A stretch of DNA of 64,000 bases from Candidatus Marinacidobacterales bacterium (GCA_965224085.1 CBDCYI010000004.1:1216001-1280000), one strand, 5' to 3'. Positions 17,048 through 27,648 are shown, counted from the first letter of the stretch. Notes: generated by a model not told the origin, from the letters alone. Program-made: numbers and translations.

Positions 17048-17581
17048 ATGGACGCGGACCGAGACGTGCTGGCCCGGTATCTCGACGGTGATGAAAAGGC
17101 ATTCGAAGAGTTGGTCATCCAATATGAAGCCGGGGTTCGAAACCTTGTCTACGGGCTGCTTCGGGACTGGGCGCTCGCCGAAGATGTGGCGCAGGAGACC
17201 TTTCTCACCGCTCATCGCAAGGCCGATACTTATCGTGGAGAAGGAACGGTGCGCGGCTGGCTTTTTCGTATCGCTGTCCGGCGCGCTCACGACGAGTTGC
17301 GGCGTCGCGGCCGCAAGGCCGAAGTGGCGCTCGAAGAGGCGCCCGAGCCGTTCGAGAGCCCACACGAGGGTCTCGAAGCTGGCTGGGATGTCACGGAAGC
17401 GCTCGCGACGCTCTCGCCCGATCATCGTGCGGCGCTAATGCTCAAGGAAATCGAAGGTTTGAGCTATCAAGAGATCGCGGAAGCCATGGATTGGCCGATA
17501 GGAACGGTGGGCACGCATATCCACCGTGCCCGGCTCGAGCTCAAGGCTTTCATGGAGGAGAAGGCACATGGCTTGTCCTGA
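17048..17581 (+). CDS. ECF sigma-70 factor
   Basis: Region 2 AEDVAQETFL..WLFRIA; region 4 EGLSYQEIAEAMDWPIGTVGTHIHRAR. Confidence 0.93.
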   Translation: MDADRDVLARYLDGDEKAFEELVIQYEAGVRNLVYGLLRDWALAEDVAQETFLTAHRKADTYRGEGTVRGWLFRIAVRRAHDELRRRGRKAEVALEEAPEPFESPHEGLEAGWDVTEALATLSPDHRAALMLKEIEGLSYQEIAEAMDWPIGTVGTHIHRARLELKAFMEEKAHGLS

Positions 17582-17996
17582 AGATCGAATCTCCCTCTGG
17601 CTCGATGGTGAGCTAGTCTTGGAAGCCGAGGCGCGCGAAGTGAGAACCCACGTCGATGGCTGCGCTTCTTGCCAGAAGCTCGTCGAAGCCTTTGGCTCAC
17701 GAACATTGCCGCAGCTCGAGCCCGATCCGTCGTTCATCGTGCGTTTTCGCGCGCGGCGCGACGAGCAGTCGATTGCGCCTTGGTGGACGTGGCGCCAGCT
17801 CGCGCTGCGTCTTTTGCCACTCGCCGCGGCCGTCGTGGGCGCCGCGGTTCTGAGCATCTGGATCGCGGCTTCCTCTTCGGAAAGCTCTCTCCGGGCGCTC
17901 GAGCTCGAGGCGCTCGGCGATCCGGTGGCGTTCGATGCGGAAGCCGAGGCGGTGCTCAGCATTGCCTTCGAGCCTTTTCCTTCAGATATTGAGTAG
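17568..17996 (+). CDS. Zinc-binding (ZAS, zf-HC2) membrane anti-sigma factor
   Basis: WLDGEL..HVDGCASC (HxxxCxxC), one TM helix; GGAGG RBS; overlaps the sigma 3' end. Confidence 0.85.
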   Translation: MACPEDRISLWLDGELVLEAEAREVRTHVDGCASCQKLVEAFGSRTLPQLEPDPSFIVRFRARRDEQSIAPWWTWRQLALRLLPLAAAVVGAAVLSIWIAASSSESSLRALELEALGDPVAFDAEAEAVLSIAFEPFPSDIE

Positions 17997-18013
17997 GAGA
18001 TTAGGAGGTCGAC

Positions 18014-18430
18014 ATGGTGGCTACAGCGAGGAAGTGGATGAGCGTCACGCTCTTGGCGACGCTTTTCATCGGTGTCGGCGCGGGTATTCTCGTCGACCGT
18101 TTTCTTCTCGGGCCGACGGCCTTTGGCGCCGATGTCGAGGGGCGCAGCGGACGGGGCGGCGACCACCGCGACCATGGCCGTCATATGGTCGAGCGGCTCG
18201 AGGAGCGGCTCGACCTCGAGTCGGACCAAGTGGCCGAGCTCGAAGCCGTCGTGAATCGGCACCACGAGACCGCGCGCGCGTTTTGGAAAGATTCGCGCAG
18301 CCAGTTCGAGACGCTACGCGTGCGAATCCGGCACGATATTCGTGAGCTTCTGACCGAAGAGCAGAAAGTGGAGTTCGACACGATGGTTGCAGAATACGAG
18401 TCCACTAGGGAGCACAGGCGTGAGCGATAA
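18014..18430 (+). CDS. Periplasmic Spy/CpxP/ZraP-like helical protein
   Basis: N-terminal TM/signal, Gly/His/Arg linker, LDLESDQ and LLTEEQ (LTxxQ-like) repeats. Confidence 0.7.
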   Translation: MVATARKWMSVTLLATLFIGVGAGILVDRFLLGPTAFGADVEGRSGRGGDHRDHGRHMVERLEERLDLESDQVAELEAVVNRHHETARAFWKDSRSQFETLRVRIRHDIRELLTEEQKVEFDTMVAEYESTREHRRER

Positions 18431-21400
18431 AGAGCACATCAACCCCATCGCCAAGTTTGCCGTCGAGCGGCGGGTGACGATGACGATGGCGGTCTTCGGC
18501 ATTTTTGTTCTCGGCTACTTGTCGCTGACGCGACTCCCGCTCGAGTTCATGCCGAGCTTTTCCTCGAACAGCATGTGGGTGCGCGCGCCCTACGCCTCCT
18601 CGTCTCCCGAGGAGGTCGAGCGGCTCATCGTGCGGCCCATCGAAGACATCATCGGGACCGTCAACGGTATCGACACGCTGAGCGCCACCGCTTCCGCCAC
18701 CGAAGGCAGCGTCAATATCACCTTCAAAGACAACGTGGATATGGATCTCGCCGCTGTCGAAGTGCGCGACCGCATCGATCGCGTGCGCCATTTGCTCCCC
18801 GACGATCTGCGCCGGATTCGCATTCGTCGCTTCCAGAGCACCGACATCCCTATATTTCGTTTTCACTTGAGCACCGAATGGGACAAGGATCGCTTCTACG
18901 ACTTTACCGAGCAAGTCGTGCAGCGGCGCCTCGAGCGGCTCGAGGGGGTAGCCTCGGTCGAGGTGCGCGGCATCAGAAAGCGCGAGCTCCAAGTGCAGAT
19001 CCGGCCGAGCCGCTTGCAAGCCGCCGGCCTCGACGCGCGTGACGTCACCAGCGTTTTGCGGAACAACCATGCGAACGTTTCGGGCGGCTACATCAAGGAA
19101 GGCCCGCGCAAGCTCATCGTACGCTCGGTCGGGGAGTTTCGAACCGTCGAGGAGGTCGAGACGCTTCCGATCGGCTCTTCCGGTGTACGCATAAAAGACG
19201 TTGCCGACGTCTCCTACACCTACCCGCGGCAAGACAACTTCAACTTTCTCAACGACAATGAGGCCGTTACACTCAGCGTTTTCAAGGCCTCGACGGCGAA
19301 CCTTCTCGCCGTCGTCGACGGAGCGAAAGCGGAGCTCGAAGCAATTAAGGCGATGCGGTCGGCCGAAGGCCTCGAGACGCGCATCTTGATGGACTCCTCC
19401 GTTGACGTGCGTCAGGGGCTCGGACAGCTGCGCAATGCCGGGCTTCTCGGGGGCGTTCTCGCCGTCGTCTTCCTTTTCCTCTTCCTCCGGAAGCTTCGGA
19501 CGACAGCGCTCGTCGCCATCTCGATCCCCATCTCGATCATCCTGACCTTCGTCATCTTGTACTTCTTGCGACAGCTCGGCTTGGTGACGACGACAATCAA
19601 CGTCGTGAGCTTGATGGGACTCATGCTCGCGGTCGGGATGCTCGTAGACAACTCGGTCGTGGTCATCGAGTCGATTTCGCGCCACTTCACGGATCTTGAC
19701 GAGGACCCGCGGACGGCGGCCCTCCGAGGCACCTCGGCGGTGGCGATGCCCATCATCGCGTCCACGCTCACGACCATGTGTGTGTTCATCCCCATGATCT
19801 TTCTCGCGACGACAGGCGGCGGGTTCATGCGCTTCATGCTCGATATCGGCATCACCATCTGTATCGTGATGGTGTCGTCGCTTCTCGTTGCGCTGACAGT
19901 CGTGCCGATGGTGGCGTCCATTCTGCTCGGCGGTGAGACCAAGAAAGAGTCGAAGCTCACCGAGGCGCTCGAGACGGGCTATGGCCACGTCATCGGCTTC
20001 ACGTTGAAGCACCGCCTCTTGTTCTTCCTAGTTATCGTCGGGATGCTCTACGGATCCTACGAGCTTCTCGGGACGATCGAAAGGACGTTCTCTCCTCGCA
20101 CGATGGCCCGGCAGATCTCCATCAACGTCGATACGCCGCGCTCCTACTCGCTCGATCAGACCCGGAAGCTCCACGCGGAAGTCGCCACGATCCTCAACGA
20201 GAACCAGGAAGAGCTCGACATTTCAGACGTCGTCTACCGCTATAGCCGCACCGGCGGACGCTCCCGGGGAGGCTTTCGCGGGAGCCGCAAAGTCGACATC
20301 TATCTCGTCGACGAGGAAGAGGCGAAGCGCCCCGTGCGCGAGATCCGAGACGCGATCCGCGAACTTCTGCCGATGAAAGCGGGCGTCAATTTCAAAATCG
20401 CCCAGAGCACGGGCCATGGGGGGCATGGCGGCGGCAGCTTCGGCGTCAATCTGGACCTCAAGGGCGACGACATGGCTGTGCTCGAGCTAGTGGCCGAGCG
20501 CGTCGTGACCGCTCTCGAGGACACATCCTGGGCGCGCGACGTCGACAGCACGCTCGACAGCGGCACCGACGAGATTCGTGTGAGCGTCGATCGTGAGCGT
20601 GCGCTTGCTTCTGGGCTTTCGACCCAAGCGGTGGCCTTTTCTATCTCGAACGCGCTGTCTTCCCGCCCGATCAGCCAGATCGCTGCGGACGATCGGGAAG
20701 TCGACCTCGTCGTGCAGTTCCGGGAGGAGGACCGCTCGACACTGGATCAGCTAAAGAAGGTGCCGATCATGTCGAGCGCGGCGGCGCTTCCCATCGGGGC
20801 GATGGCCGATTTCGAGATACAACAGGGGCCGCGGCGTATCGAGCGCGAAGACAAAAGGCCCAAGCTCAGCATCACCGCCAATACCAACACGGCCGGCGCG
20901 TCGTTCCGCATGCAGGGCCAAGTCAGCGAGATTATGAACAGCATCAGCTTGCCTCTGGGCTACGAATGGGGCTTCGGGCGCAGCTGGGGCCGCGCCCAGC
21001 AGGACTGGGGGAGCGCGCTCTTCGCGTTCATCTTCGCGCTCGCTTTGATCTATTTGATCATGGCGGCTCTTTTCGAGAGCTTCGTCCAGCCTTTCACGAT
21101 CATGTTCGCCATTCCGTTCGCTTTCATCGGCGTCGGGATCGTGTTGAAGCTCACGAGTCAGCCGCTCGACAACATGGCGAATATGGGGCTCATCATTCTC
21201 GTCGGGGTCGTCGTCAACAACGCTATCGTGCTCATCGCCCACATCAATCATCTGAGATGGCAAGGTGTTTCGCGCGACGAAGCCATCATGCTTGGCGGGA
21301 GGCACCGTTTGCGGCCCATCTTGATGACGGCGCTCACAACGATTCTCGGTTTGTTTCCGATGGTCGCCCCGCTCATCTTCCCTGGTTTTCTAGGGAACGC

Positions 21401-21554
21401 GGAAGGCCGTGCCGGCAACTGGGCGCCCGTCGGGCTGGTCATTCTCGCGGGACTCACGACGTCGACCTTTCTGACGCTCGTGATCATCCCGACAATTTAT
21501 TCGCTGGTGGATGACATCACGCGATTTTTTGGAAAGATTGTTCGAGCGGCTTGA
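18420..21554 (+). CDS. RND permease subunit 1 (AcrB/AcrD/AcrF family)
   Basis: SPEEVERLIVRPIE, GMLVDNSVVVIE, ALFESF..PF, RLRPILMT; ~1045 aa; GTG start overlapping the upstream gene. Confidence 0.92.
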   Translation: MSDKEHINPIAKFAVERRVTMTMAVFGIFVLGYLSLTRLPLEFMPSFSSNSMWVRAPYASSSPEEVERLIVRPIEDIIGTVNGIDTLSATASATEGSVNITFKDNVDMDLAAVEVRDRIDRVRHLLPDDLRRIRIRRFQSTDIPIFRFHLSTEWDKDRFYDFTEQVVQRRLERLEGVASVEVRGIRKRELQVQIRPSRLQAAGLDARDVTSVLRNNHANVSGGYIKEGPRKLIVRSVGEFRTVEEVETLPIGSSGVRIKDVADVSYTYPRQDNFNFLNDNEAVTLSVFKASTANLLAVVDGAKAELEAIKAMRSAEGLETRILMDSSVDVRQGLGQLRNAGLLGGVLAVVFLFLFLRKLRTTALVAISIPISIILTFVILYFLRQLGLVTTTINVVSLMGLMLAVGMLVDNSVVVIESISRHFTDLDEDPRTAALRGTSAVAMPIIASTLTTMCVFIPMIFLATTGGGFMRFMLDIGITICIVMVSSLLVALTVVPMVASILLGGETKKESKLTEALETGYGHVIGFTLKHRLLFFLVIVGMLYGSYELLGTIERTFSPRTMARQISINVDTPRSYSLDQTRKLHAEVATILNENQEELDISDVVYRYSRTGGRSRGGFRGSRKVDIYLVDEEEAKRPVREIRDAIRELLPMKAGVNFKIAQSTGHGGHGGGSFGVNLDLKGDDMAVLELVAERVVTALEDTSWARDVDSTLDSGTDEIRVSVDRERALASGLSTQAVAFSISNALSSRPISQIAADDREVDLVVQFREEDRSTLDQLKKVPIMSSAAALPIGAMADFEIQQGPRRIEREDKRPKLSITANTNTAGASFRMQGQVSEIMNSISLPLGYEWGFGRSWGRAQQDWGSALFAFIFALALIYLIMAALFESFVQPFTIMFAIPFAFIGVGIVLKLTSQPLDNMANMGLIILVGVVVNNAIVLIAHINHLRWQGVSRDEAIMLGGRHRLRPILMTALTTILGLFPMVAPLIFPGFLGNAEGRAGNWAPVGLVILAGLTTSTFLTLVIIPTIYSLVDDITRFFGKIVRAA

Positions 21555-21574
21555 GCCCAGTGTATTTGAGGTTG

Positions 21575-22933
21575 ATGACGAAAGCTAGACGGGTACTTGT
21601 GATGGTGGCTGCGGTCGCGGCGGCGGGTTTTCTCTCCAGCGCTTGCGGAGGCAGCTCTCCCGACGAGGGCGGTCCTCCCGGAGGACGCTTCAGAGGCCGC
21701 CCGGGGGAAAGAGGCGGCCCCGGTGGACACGGCGGCGGGCCAGAAGGCATGGTTGGACCTCCGGGCGAAAGTCGTTCGGCGGCCGTTCCCGTTGAAGTCG
21801 CCTCGATCGAGAGGCGCTCGGTGTCGTCCTTTCTCGAGACGAATGGAAGCCTCGAAGCCGAGAACGACGTGCAGATCGTCGCGCGCACCCAAGGTCCCAT
21901 CGTAGAGCTCTTGGCGGAAGAAGGCATGCGCCTCAAAAAGGGAGAGGTCATGCTGCGGATCGACGAGACCGAGCTTCGTGCTCAAGTCGAGATCGCGAAA
22001 GTCGCGCTGAAGGACGCGACCCGCGCGCACGAGCGTGCTACCGCGGCCCGTGAGAGCGAGATCATTTCGCAAGAGGTGTACGACGCCGCTCTCGCGCAGC
22101 TCGAGTCCGCGCAAGCGCAGCTCATGGGCGCCGAGATTCTCTATGACTACACGGAAGTCGCCGCGCCTTTCGACGGGATCGTCGTCGACCGCCTCGTGAA
22201 GCTGGCAGAGAACGTGTCGCCGAACCAGCAGCTCTTTCGATTCTCCGAATTCGTTCCTCTTCTGTGCAAGATTCAGGTGCCCGAGAAAGAGCTCTCGCGG
22301 CTTCGAAAAGGGCAGATGGCCTATCTGAACGTCGAAGCCTGGCCTGGCCAGCGTTTCGAAGCGAGGGTTCTGCGGGTAAGCCCCGTCGTCGACGCGACGA
22401 CGGGCACCATCCGTGTCACGCTCCAAGTGCGCGCGCGGGGCAAGCTGAGCCCCGGTATGTTTGCGAGCGTCTTCCTCGTGACCGACACCCACGACAATGC
22501 TGTCGTCATGCCGAAGCGCGCGCTCTCGATCGAAAGTCTCAGCGATACCGTCTTCGTCGCGGAAGACGGCCAGGCCGTCCGCCGTGACATCGAGCTCGGT
22601 TACGAAGAAACCGATATCGTGGAAGTCGTCTCCGGCCTTCGAGCCGGCGAGCGTGTCATCGTGGTCGGTCAAGACGGCCTAACAGACGGCACCCCGGTGC
22701 AAGTCCTAAAAGGCCCAGGCGCTCGAGAAATGACCACCGCCCAAAATGAAGGCGAAAGCTTCGAACGCCCCCCCGGCGCGGGGCGCCCTGGAGGAGGTGG
22801 ACACCACCGCCCCGACTTCTCCAACATGACCAAAGAGCAGCTAGAGCGCGTAAAAAGCCGCATGCGAGAACGAGGCATGACCGACGAACAAATCGATCAA
22901 GCCATAAAACGCCGCCAAGAAGCCCAGCACTGA
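21575..22933 (+). CDS. RND membrane fusion protein (periplasmic adaptor), lipoprotein
   Basis: Lipobox LSSAC; lipoyl halves (G..VKKG-like, APFDGIV), SPVVDATTGT, LSPGMF, VEVVSGL..GERVIV. Confidence 0.9.
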   Translation: MTKARRVLVMVAAVAAAGFLSSACGGSSPDEGGPPGGRFRGRPGERGGPGGHGGGPEGMVGPPGESRSAAVPVEVASIERRSVSSFLETNGSLEAENDVQIVARTQGPIVELLAEEGMRLKKGEVMLRIDETELRAQVEIAKVALKDATRAHERATAARESEIISQEVYDAALAQLESAQAQLMGAEILYDYTEVAAPFDGIVVDRLVKLAENVSPNQQLFRFSEFVPLLCKIQVPEKELSRLRKGQMAYLNVEAWPGQRFEARVLRVSPVVDATTGTIRVTLQVRARGKLSPGMFASVFLVTDTHDNAVVMPKRALSIESLSDTVFVAEDGQAVRRDIELGYEETDIVEVVSGLRAGERVIVVGQDGLTDGTPVQVLKGPGAREMTTAQNEGESFERPPGAGRPGGGGHHRPDFSNMTKEQLERVKSRMRERGMTDEQIDQAIKRRQEAQH

Positions 22934-22981
22934 GCATCGAAACGCGATCGTAAATGCTGAATCCTGAACCCTGAGCCCGAA

Positions 22982-25900
22982 ATGCGGATAGTCCACTTCT
23001 CAACGCGCCGCCCCGTCACTATCCTAGTGTTCTTCATCGCCGCGGTTGTCTTCGGTGTCGTCGCGTTCCGTGACCTCGCTGTCGACCTCCTTCCTGAGAT
23101 AACTTACCCATCCGTCACTGTCCGAACCGAGTTCGAGGGCACGGCGCCCTCCGAGGTGGAGAGCCTCATCACAAAACCCATCGAGAACGCGGTCGGCGTC
23201 GTCAACAACGTCGTGCGCGTCATCTCGAGCTCTCGCTCCGACACGAGTGAAGTCACGCTCGAGTTTGGTTGGGACGCCAACATGGACATGGCGGCGCTCG
23301 ATGTGCGCGAGCGCCTCGACCTCGTCGTTCTCCCCGACGACGCCGACCGGCCCGTGCTTCTGCGCTACGATCCCTCGCTCGATCCGATCATGCGGCTCGG
23401 GCTCCACGGCGACGAGGATCTCATCCGTTTACGACTCATTGGCGAGCAGGAGGTCAAAAGGTTCCTCGAGCGCGTGGAAGGTGTCGCGGCGGTACTCGTG
23501 AGCGGCGGGCTCGAAGAAGAGATCCATATCGAGATCGATGAGCGTCGCCTTTCGAATCTCGGAGTGAGTGTCGCGCAAGTGGTTGCGCGTCTCGCCGCCG
23601 AGAACGTGAACTTGACGGGCGGACGGCTTCAGGACGGGCAGACGGAATATCTCGTCCGTACTATCAACGAGTTCGAGCGCCCGTCGGACATGCGGCACAT
23701 CGTCATCGACAGCGCGCGCCGCGACATCCGTCTCGAAGATGTTGCGCTCATCACGCGTGGGCACAAAGAACGTGAGGTCATAAGCCGCATCGATGGCCGC
23801 GAAGCGGTCGAGATCGCGATCTACAAAGAAGGCGGCACGAACACGGTTATGGTCGCGCAAGCCGTCAAAGAGCGCGTGGAGCTTCTCGAGAACCGGCTCG
23901 AGCGTCTCGGCGAAGGTCTCGAGCTCCAGCTCATCACGGACCAGTCGCGTTACATAAGCCAGTCGGTCTCCGAAGTGCTGCAAACCGCGTTCATCGGCGG
24001 TGGGCTCGCGATCTTGATCCTCATGCTCTTTCTGCGGGACTTGAAGTCGACGATCATCATCGGTATCTCGATCCCCGTCTCCGTCGTGGCGACGTTTTTT
24101 CTCATGTTCGTCTCGGGCATCTCGCTCAACATTATGTCGCTCGGCGGCATCACGCTCGGCATCGGGCTTCTCGTGGACAACTCGATCGTCGTGCTCGAAG
24201 CCATCCAGAGAAAGCGCGAGGACGGGCTCGACATCGTCGAAGCGGCGCGCGCGGGCGCGGGTGAAGTCGGCCAGGCGGTCATCGCGAGCACGATGACGAC
24301 CGTTTGTGTCTTCGTCCCTATCGTCTTCGTCGAAGGAGTCGCGGGCCAGCTCTTTGGCGATCAAGCTTTGGCCGTCACCTTCTCTCTGACGGTGTCGCTC
24401 TTCGTCGCGCTGACCTTGATCCCGATGCTCGCCTCGCGCAAGTTCGGCGCGGCGCCCAAAGAAGATGTGCCCGAGCACCACCGCTCGAAGATCGCTAAGC
24501 TCGTCATAGCCGTCGTGGGCTTCGTCGGACTCTTCATAGCCCGGCTCGTCAAATGGATCGTGAAGGGTTCGACTTACGTGCTCCTCGCCGTTTTGTTCGT
24601 GCCGTCGAAGATCTTTCACGTGTTCTATGGAGCCGTGAGCGACGGCTATCCGCGCGTGCAGGCTGCGGTGCTCGGGCGGCCCTATCCCTTCATCGGCGTC
24701 ACGCTGCTCGTCTTCGCGTCCTCGCTTCTGCTCCTGGACAAGCTGGGGAGCGAGCTCGTCCCCGAGCTGGTGCAAGGCGAGTTCTTCGTCAACACAGAGC
24801 TTCCGCCCGGCACCCACCTGGAGCTCAACGAAAAACGGATGCAGCTTCTGGAACGAGAAGCGATGAATCTCGAGGGGATTACTTCCGTCTACACCGTCAT
24901 TGGCTCGAGCAACGAGCAAGGCGGAACGGCGGGTGAGCTTCGAGAGAATATCGGCCAGCTCACGATGACGGTGTCACCGCCGTCGAGCTTGCAACGAGAA
25001 GAGGAGCTGATGGAGCTCATCCGTCCCTCGCTCGAAGCCGAGGAGAACATGCTCTACCGCTTCGGCCGGCCGACTTATTTCAGCTTCAAGACGCCGATCG
25101 AAGTGGAGATCCGTGGCTTCAACTTGAACCTTCTCACGCGGCTCGCCGACGAGCTCATGGCGCGGGTGGAGACGATTCCGGGGCTCGTCGATATCAAGTC
25201 CTCGACCGAGGGTGGAAACCCCGAGCTCCAAATTCGATTCGATCGTGACCGCCTCGCGACGCTCGGCTACAACGTGATGGAGGTCGCGTCCCTCGTACGG
25301 TCCAAAGTGCTCGGGGACGTGGCGACGGACATCACGCGCGAGGATCGCACGATCGACATCCGGCTGCGGGCGCAGCAGCAGTTCCGAGACAGCGCACGTG
25401 ATTTGCGGAACCTGAACATCGCCCAGACAGGCACGACGCCCATACCCCTTTCTTCGGTGGCGACGGTGGAGGAGACGGAAGGACCTGCTGAGATCCGGCG
25501 ATCGGACGGTGAGCGCGTAGCCGTCATTACTGCAAACCTGGTCGAACGCGATCTGGCTTCCGCGTCCGCGGCAATCGAAGCGCAGATCGGCGAGATGACG
25601 CTGCCCATGGGTTTCGACTGGCGCATGGGCGGCCAGCAGCAGGAAATGGAGACCTCGTTCGAGAGCATGCGCTTCGCCATCCTACTCGCGGTCTTCATGG
25701 TCTATCTCGTGATGGCGTCCCAGTTCGAATCGCTCCTCCACCCGTTCGTCATTCTCTTCAGCGTACCGTTCTCGCTCGTGGGGGTGCTCGTCACGCTCTA
25801 TCTACTGAACGTGACGGTGAGCGTCGTCGTTCTCATCGGCGTCATCATGCTCGCCGGCATCGTCGTGAACAACGCGATCATCCTCGTCGATACGACGAAC

Positions 25901-26149
25901 CGGCTGAGACGGGGAGGCCAGGCCAAGGTGGAGGCTTTGAAACAAGCCGGCAAGCTTCGGCTGCGGCCGATCTTGATGACCACCTCGACGACGGTGCTCG
26001 GGCTGCTGCCGATGGCCGTCGGGCTCGGCGAAGGGAGCGAGCTCCGGGCTCCGATGGCGATTACCGTCATCGGCGGCTTGCTGGTCTCGACCGTGCTGAC
26101 ACTCCTGATCATCCCGGCGGTCTATGCCGTCGTCGACCGCACGGCGTAA
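22982..26149 (+). CDS. RND permease subunit 2 (AcrB/AcrD/AcrF family)
   Basis: DLLPEITYP, EVESLITKPIE, GLLVDNSIVVLE, MASQFESLLHP, RLRPILMT, PMAITVIGGL. Confidence 0.93.
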   Translation: MRIVHFSTRRPVTILVFFIAAVVFGVVAFRDLAVDLLPEITYPSVTVRTEFEGTAPSEVESLITKPIENAVGVVNNVVRVISSSRSDTSEVTLEFGWDANMDMAALDVRERLDLVVLPDDADRPVLLRYDPSLDPIMRLGLHGDEDLIRLRLIGEQEVKRFLERVEGVAAVLVSGGLEEEIHIEIDERRLSNLGVSVAQVVARLAAENVNLTGGRLQDGQTEYLVRTINEFERPSDMRHIVIDSARRDIRLEDVALITRGHKEREVISRIDGREAVEIAIYKEGGTNTVMVAQAVKERVELLENRLERLGEGLELQLITDQSRYISQSVSEVLQTAFIGGGLAILILMLFLRDLKSTIIIGISIPVSVVATFFLMFVSGISLNIMSLGGITLGIGLLVDNSIVVLEAIQRKREDGLDIVEAARAGAGEVGQAVIASTMTTVCVFVPIVFVEGVAGQLFGDQALAVTFSLTVSLFVALTLIPMLASRKFGAAPKEDVPEHHRSKIAKLVIAVVGFVGLFIARLVKWIVKGSTYVLLAVLFVPSKIFHVFYGAVSDGYPRVQAAVLGRPYPFIGVTLLVFASSLLLLDKLGSELVPELVQGEFFVNTELPPGTHLELNEKRMQLLEREAMNLEGITSVYTVIGSSNEQGGTAGELRENIGQLTMTVSPPSSLQREEELMELIRPSLEAEENMLYRFGRPTYFSFKTPIEVEIRGFNLNLLTRLADELMARVETIPGLVDIKSSTEGGNPELQIRFDRDRLATLGYNVMEVASLVRSKVLGDVATDITREDRTIDIRLRAQQQFRDSARDLRNLNIAQTGTTPIPLSSVATVEETEGPAEIRRSDGERVAVITANLVERDLASASAAIEAQIGEMTLPMGFDWRMGGQQQEMETSFESMRFAILLAVFMVYLVMASQFESLLHPFVILFSVPFSLVGVLVTLYLLNVTVSVVVLIGVIMLAGIVVNNAIILVDTTNRLRRGGQAKVEALKQAGKLRLRPILMTTSTTVLGLLPMAVGLGEGSELRAPMAITVIGGLLVSTVLTLLIIPAVYAVVDRTA

Positions 26150-26237
26150 TTCATCACGTACGGGCCCGGTCGGCTATTCTCCGCAGGTATAATTCGATGA
26201 GTAGAGAAAGAGTTCACAGATCGGAGCCGTACCTCCT

Positions 26238-27644
26238 ATGCCAATTGGTACAAACGAGCATCCTCTTCGTGTTGCGATCATCGGGTCGGGGCCTACGGGC
26301 TTTTACACAGCGGAGCACTTGTTCAAGCAGAAAGACTATGTGTTCGAGGTCGATCTCTACGATCGGCTGCCGACGCCGTTCGGGCTCGTACGCGGCGGGG
26401 TCGCGCCGGACCACCAGAAGATCAAATCGGTCACCAAAGCCTATGACCGCGTCGCGTCCAACCCTCGATTCCGATATTACGGCTATGTCGAGTTCGGCAC
26501 GGACGTGAAGCTCGACGATTTGCAGAAGCACTACTATCAGATCGTATTTACCGTGGGCGCGCAAATCGACCGCAGCATGGGCATCCCCGGAGAAGATTTA
26601 GGGCGGAGCCACGCGGCCACCGAGTTCGTCGCTTGGTACAACGGTCATCCCGATTACACAGACCGGAAGTTCGATCTCTCACAGGAATCCGTCGCCGTTG
26701 TGGGCGTCGGTAACGTGGCCGTCGACGTTTGCCGCATCCTTTGCCGTGGCCGCGAGGAGCTCGCGCGCACGGACATCGCCGACTACGCGCTCGAAGCGAT
26801 CGCGAACAGCAACGTCAAGACGGTCTACATGCTCGGCCGCCGCGGTCCGGCGCAAGCGGCCTTCACCAATCCCGAGATCAAAGAGCTCGGTGAGCTTCTA
26901 ATCGCGGATATTAGAGTGCCTGAGCGAGACGCGTCCATCGGTGAGGCGACGAAGGCCTTCATGGCCAAAAACCCCGACAAGGGGACCGATCGCAAAGTCG
27001 AGATCCTCCAGAAATACGCTGAGGAGAAGCGCTCGGGCAAACCGAAAACGCTCGTTCTTCGATTTTGCGTCTCGCCCACCGAGCTCATCGCGGGCGACGA
27101 CGGTGGCGTCGCCAAGATCAAGCTGGTGAAGAACGAGCTTTACTTGAACGAGCGAGGGACCGTTCGGCCGCGGGCGACTGAGACGGGGAGTGAGGAAATC
27201 GAGGCGGGTCTAGTCTTTCGCTCGGTCGGCTATTACGGGGTGGCGCTCCCGGACGTTCCATTTCGCGAGGATTGGGGTGTGATCCCCAACGAGAAAGGAC
27301 GCGTTTTGGCGCACGCGTCCAAGCCCGACGCGGTTCCTGGGCTTTATTGCGCGGGCTGGATCAAGCGAGGGCCTTCCGGTGTCATCGGCACCAACAAACC
27401 CGACGCGCTCGAGACGGTGCGGTGCATGTTGGAAGATGTTGTGAGCGGCAAGCATTTCACGCCCAAGGCCCCTTCCGGGAACGCAGCGCGCGACCTCGTG
27501 CACGAGCGCAAGCCGAACTACTTCTCTTACGCCGATTGGAAGAAGCTCGATGAGCTCGAGGTCGCGAATGCCGAAGGGACGGAGCGCCCGCGGGTAAAGT
27601 TCACGAGTTTCGAGGAGATGCTGGCGGCGCTCGGTCGCAGCTGA
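26238..27644 (+). CDS. Ferredoxin/adrenodoxin-NADP+ reductase (FprA-like)
   Basis: IIGSGPTG, PTPFGLVRGGVAPDH, VGVGNVAVD, GRRGPAQAAFT, GWIKRGPSGVIGTNK. Confidence 0.9.
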   Translation: MPIGTNEHPLRVAIIGSGPTGFYTAEHLFKQKDYVFEVDLYDRLPTPFGLVRGGVAPDHQKIKSVTKAYDRVASNPRFRYYGYVEFGTDVKLDDLQKHYYQIVFTVGAQIDRSMGIPGEDLGRSHAATEFVAWYNGHPDYTDRKFDLSQESVAVVGVGNVAVDVCRILCRGREELARTDIADYALEAIANSNVKTVYMLGRRGPAQAAFTNPEIKELGELLIADIRVPERDASIGEATKAFMAKNPDKGTDRKVEILQKYAEEKRSGKPKTLVLRFCVSPTELIAGDDGGVAKIKLVKNELYLNERGTVRPRATETGSEEIEAGLVFRSVGYYGVALPDVPFREDWGVIPNEKGRVLAHASKPDAVPGLYCAGWIKRGPSGVIGTNKPDALETVRCMLEDVVSGKHFTPKAPSGNAARDLVHERKPNYFSYADWKKLDELEVANAEGTERPRVKFTSFEEMLAALGRS

Positions 27645-27648
27645 TCGG

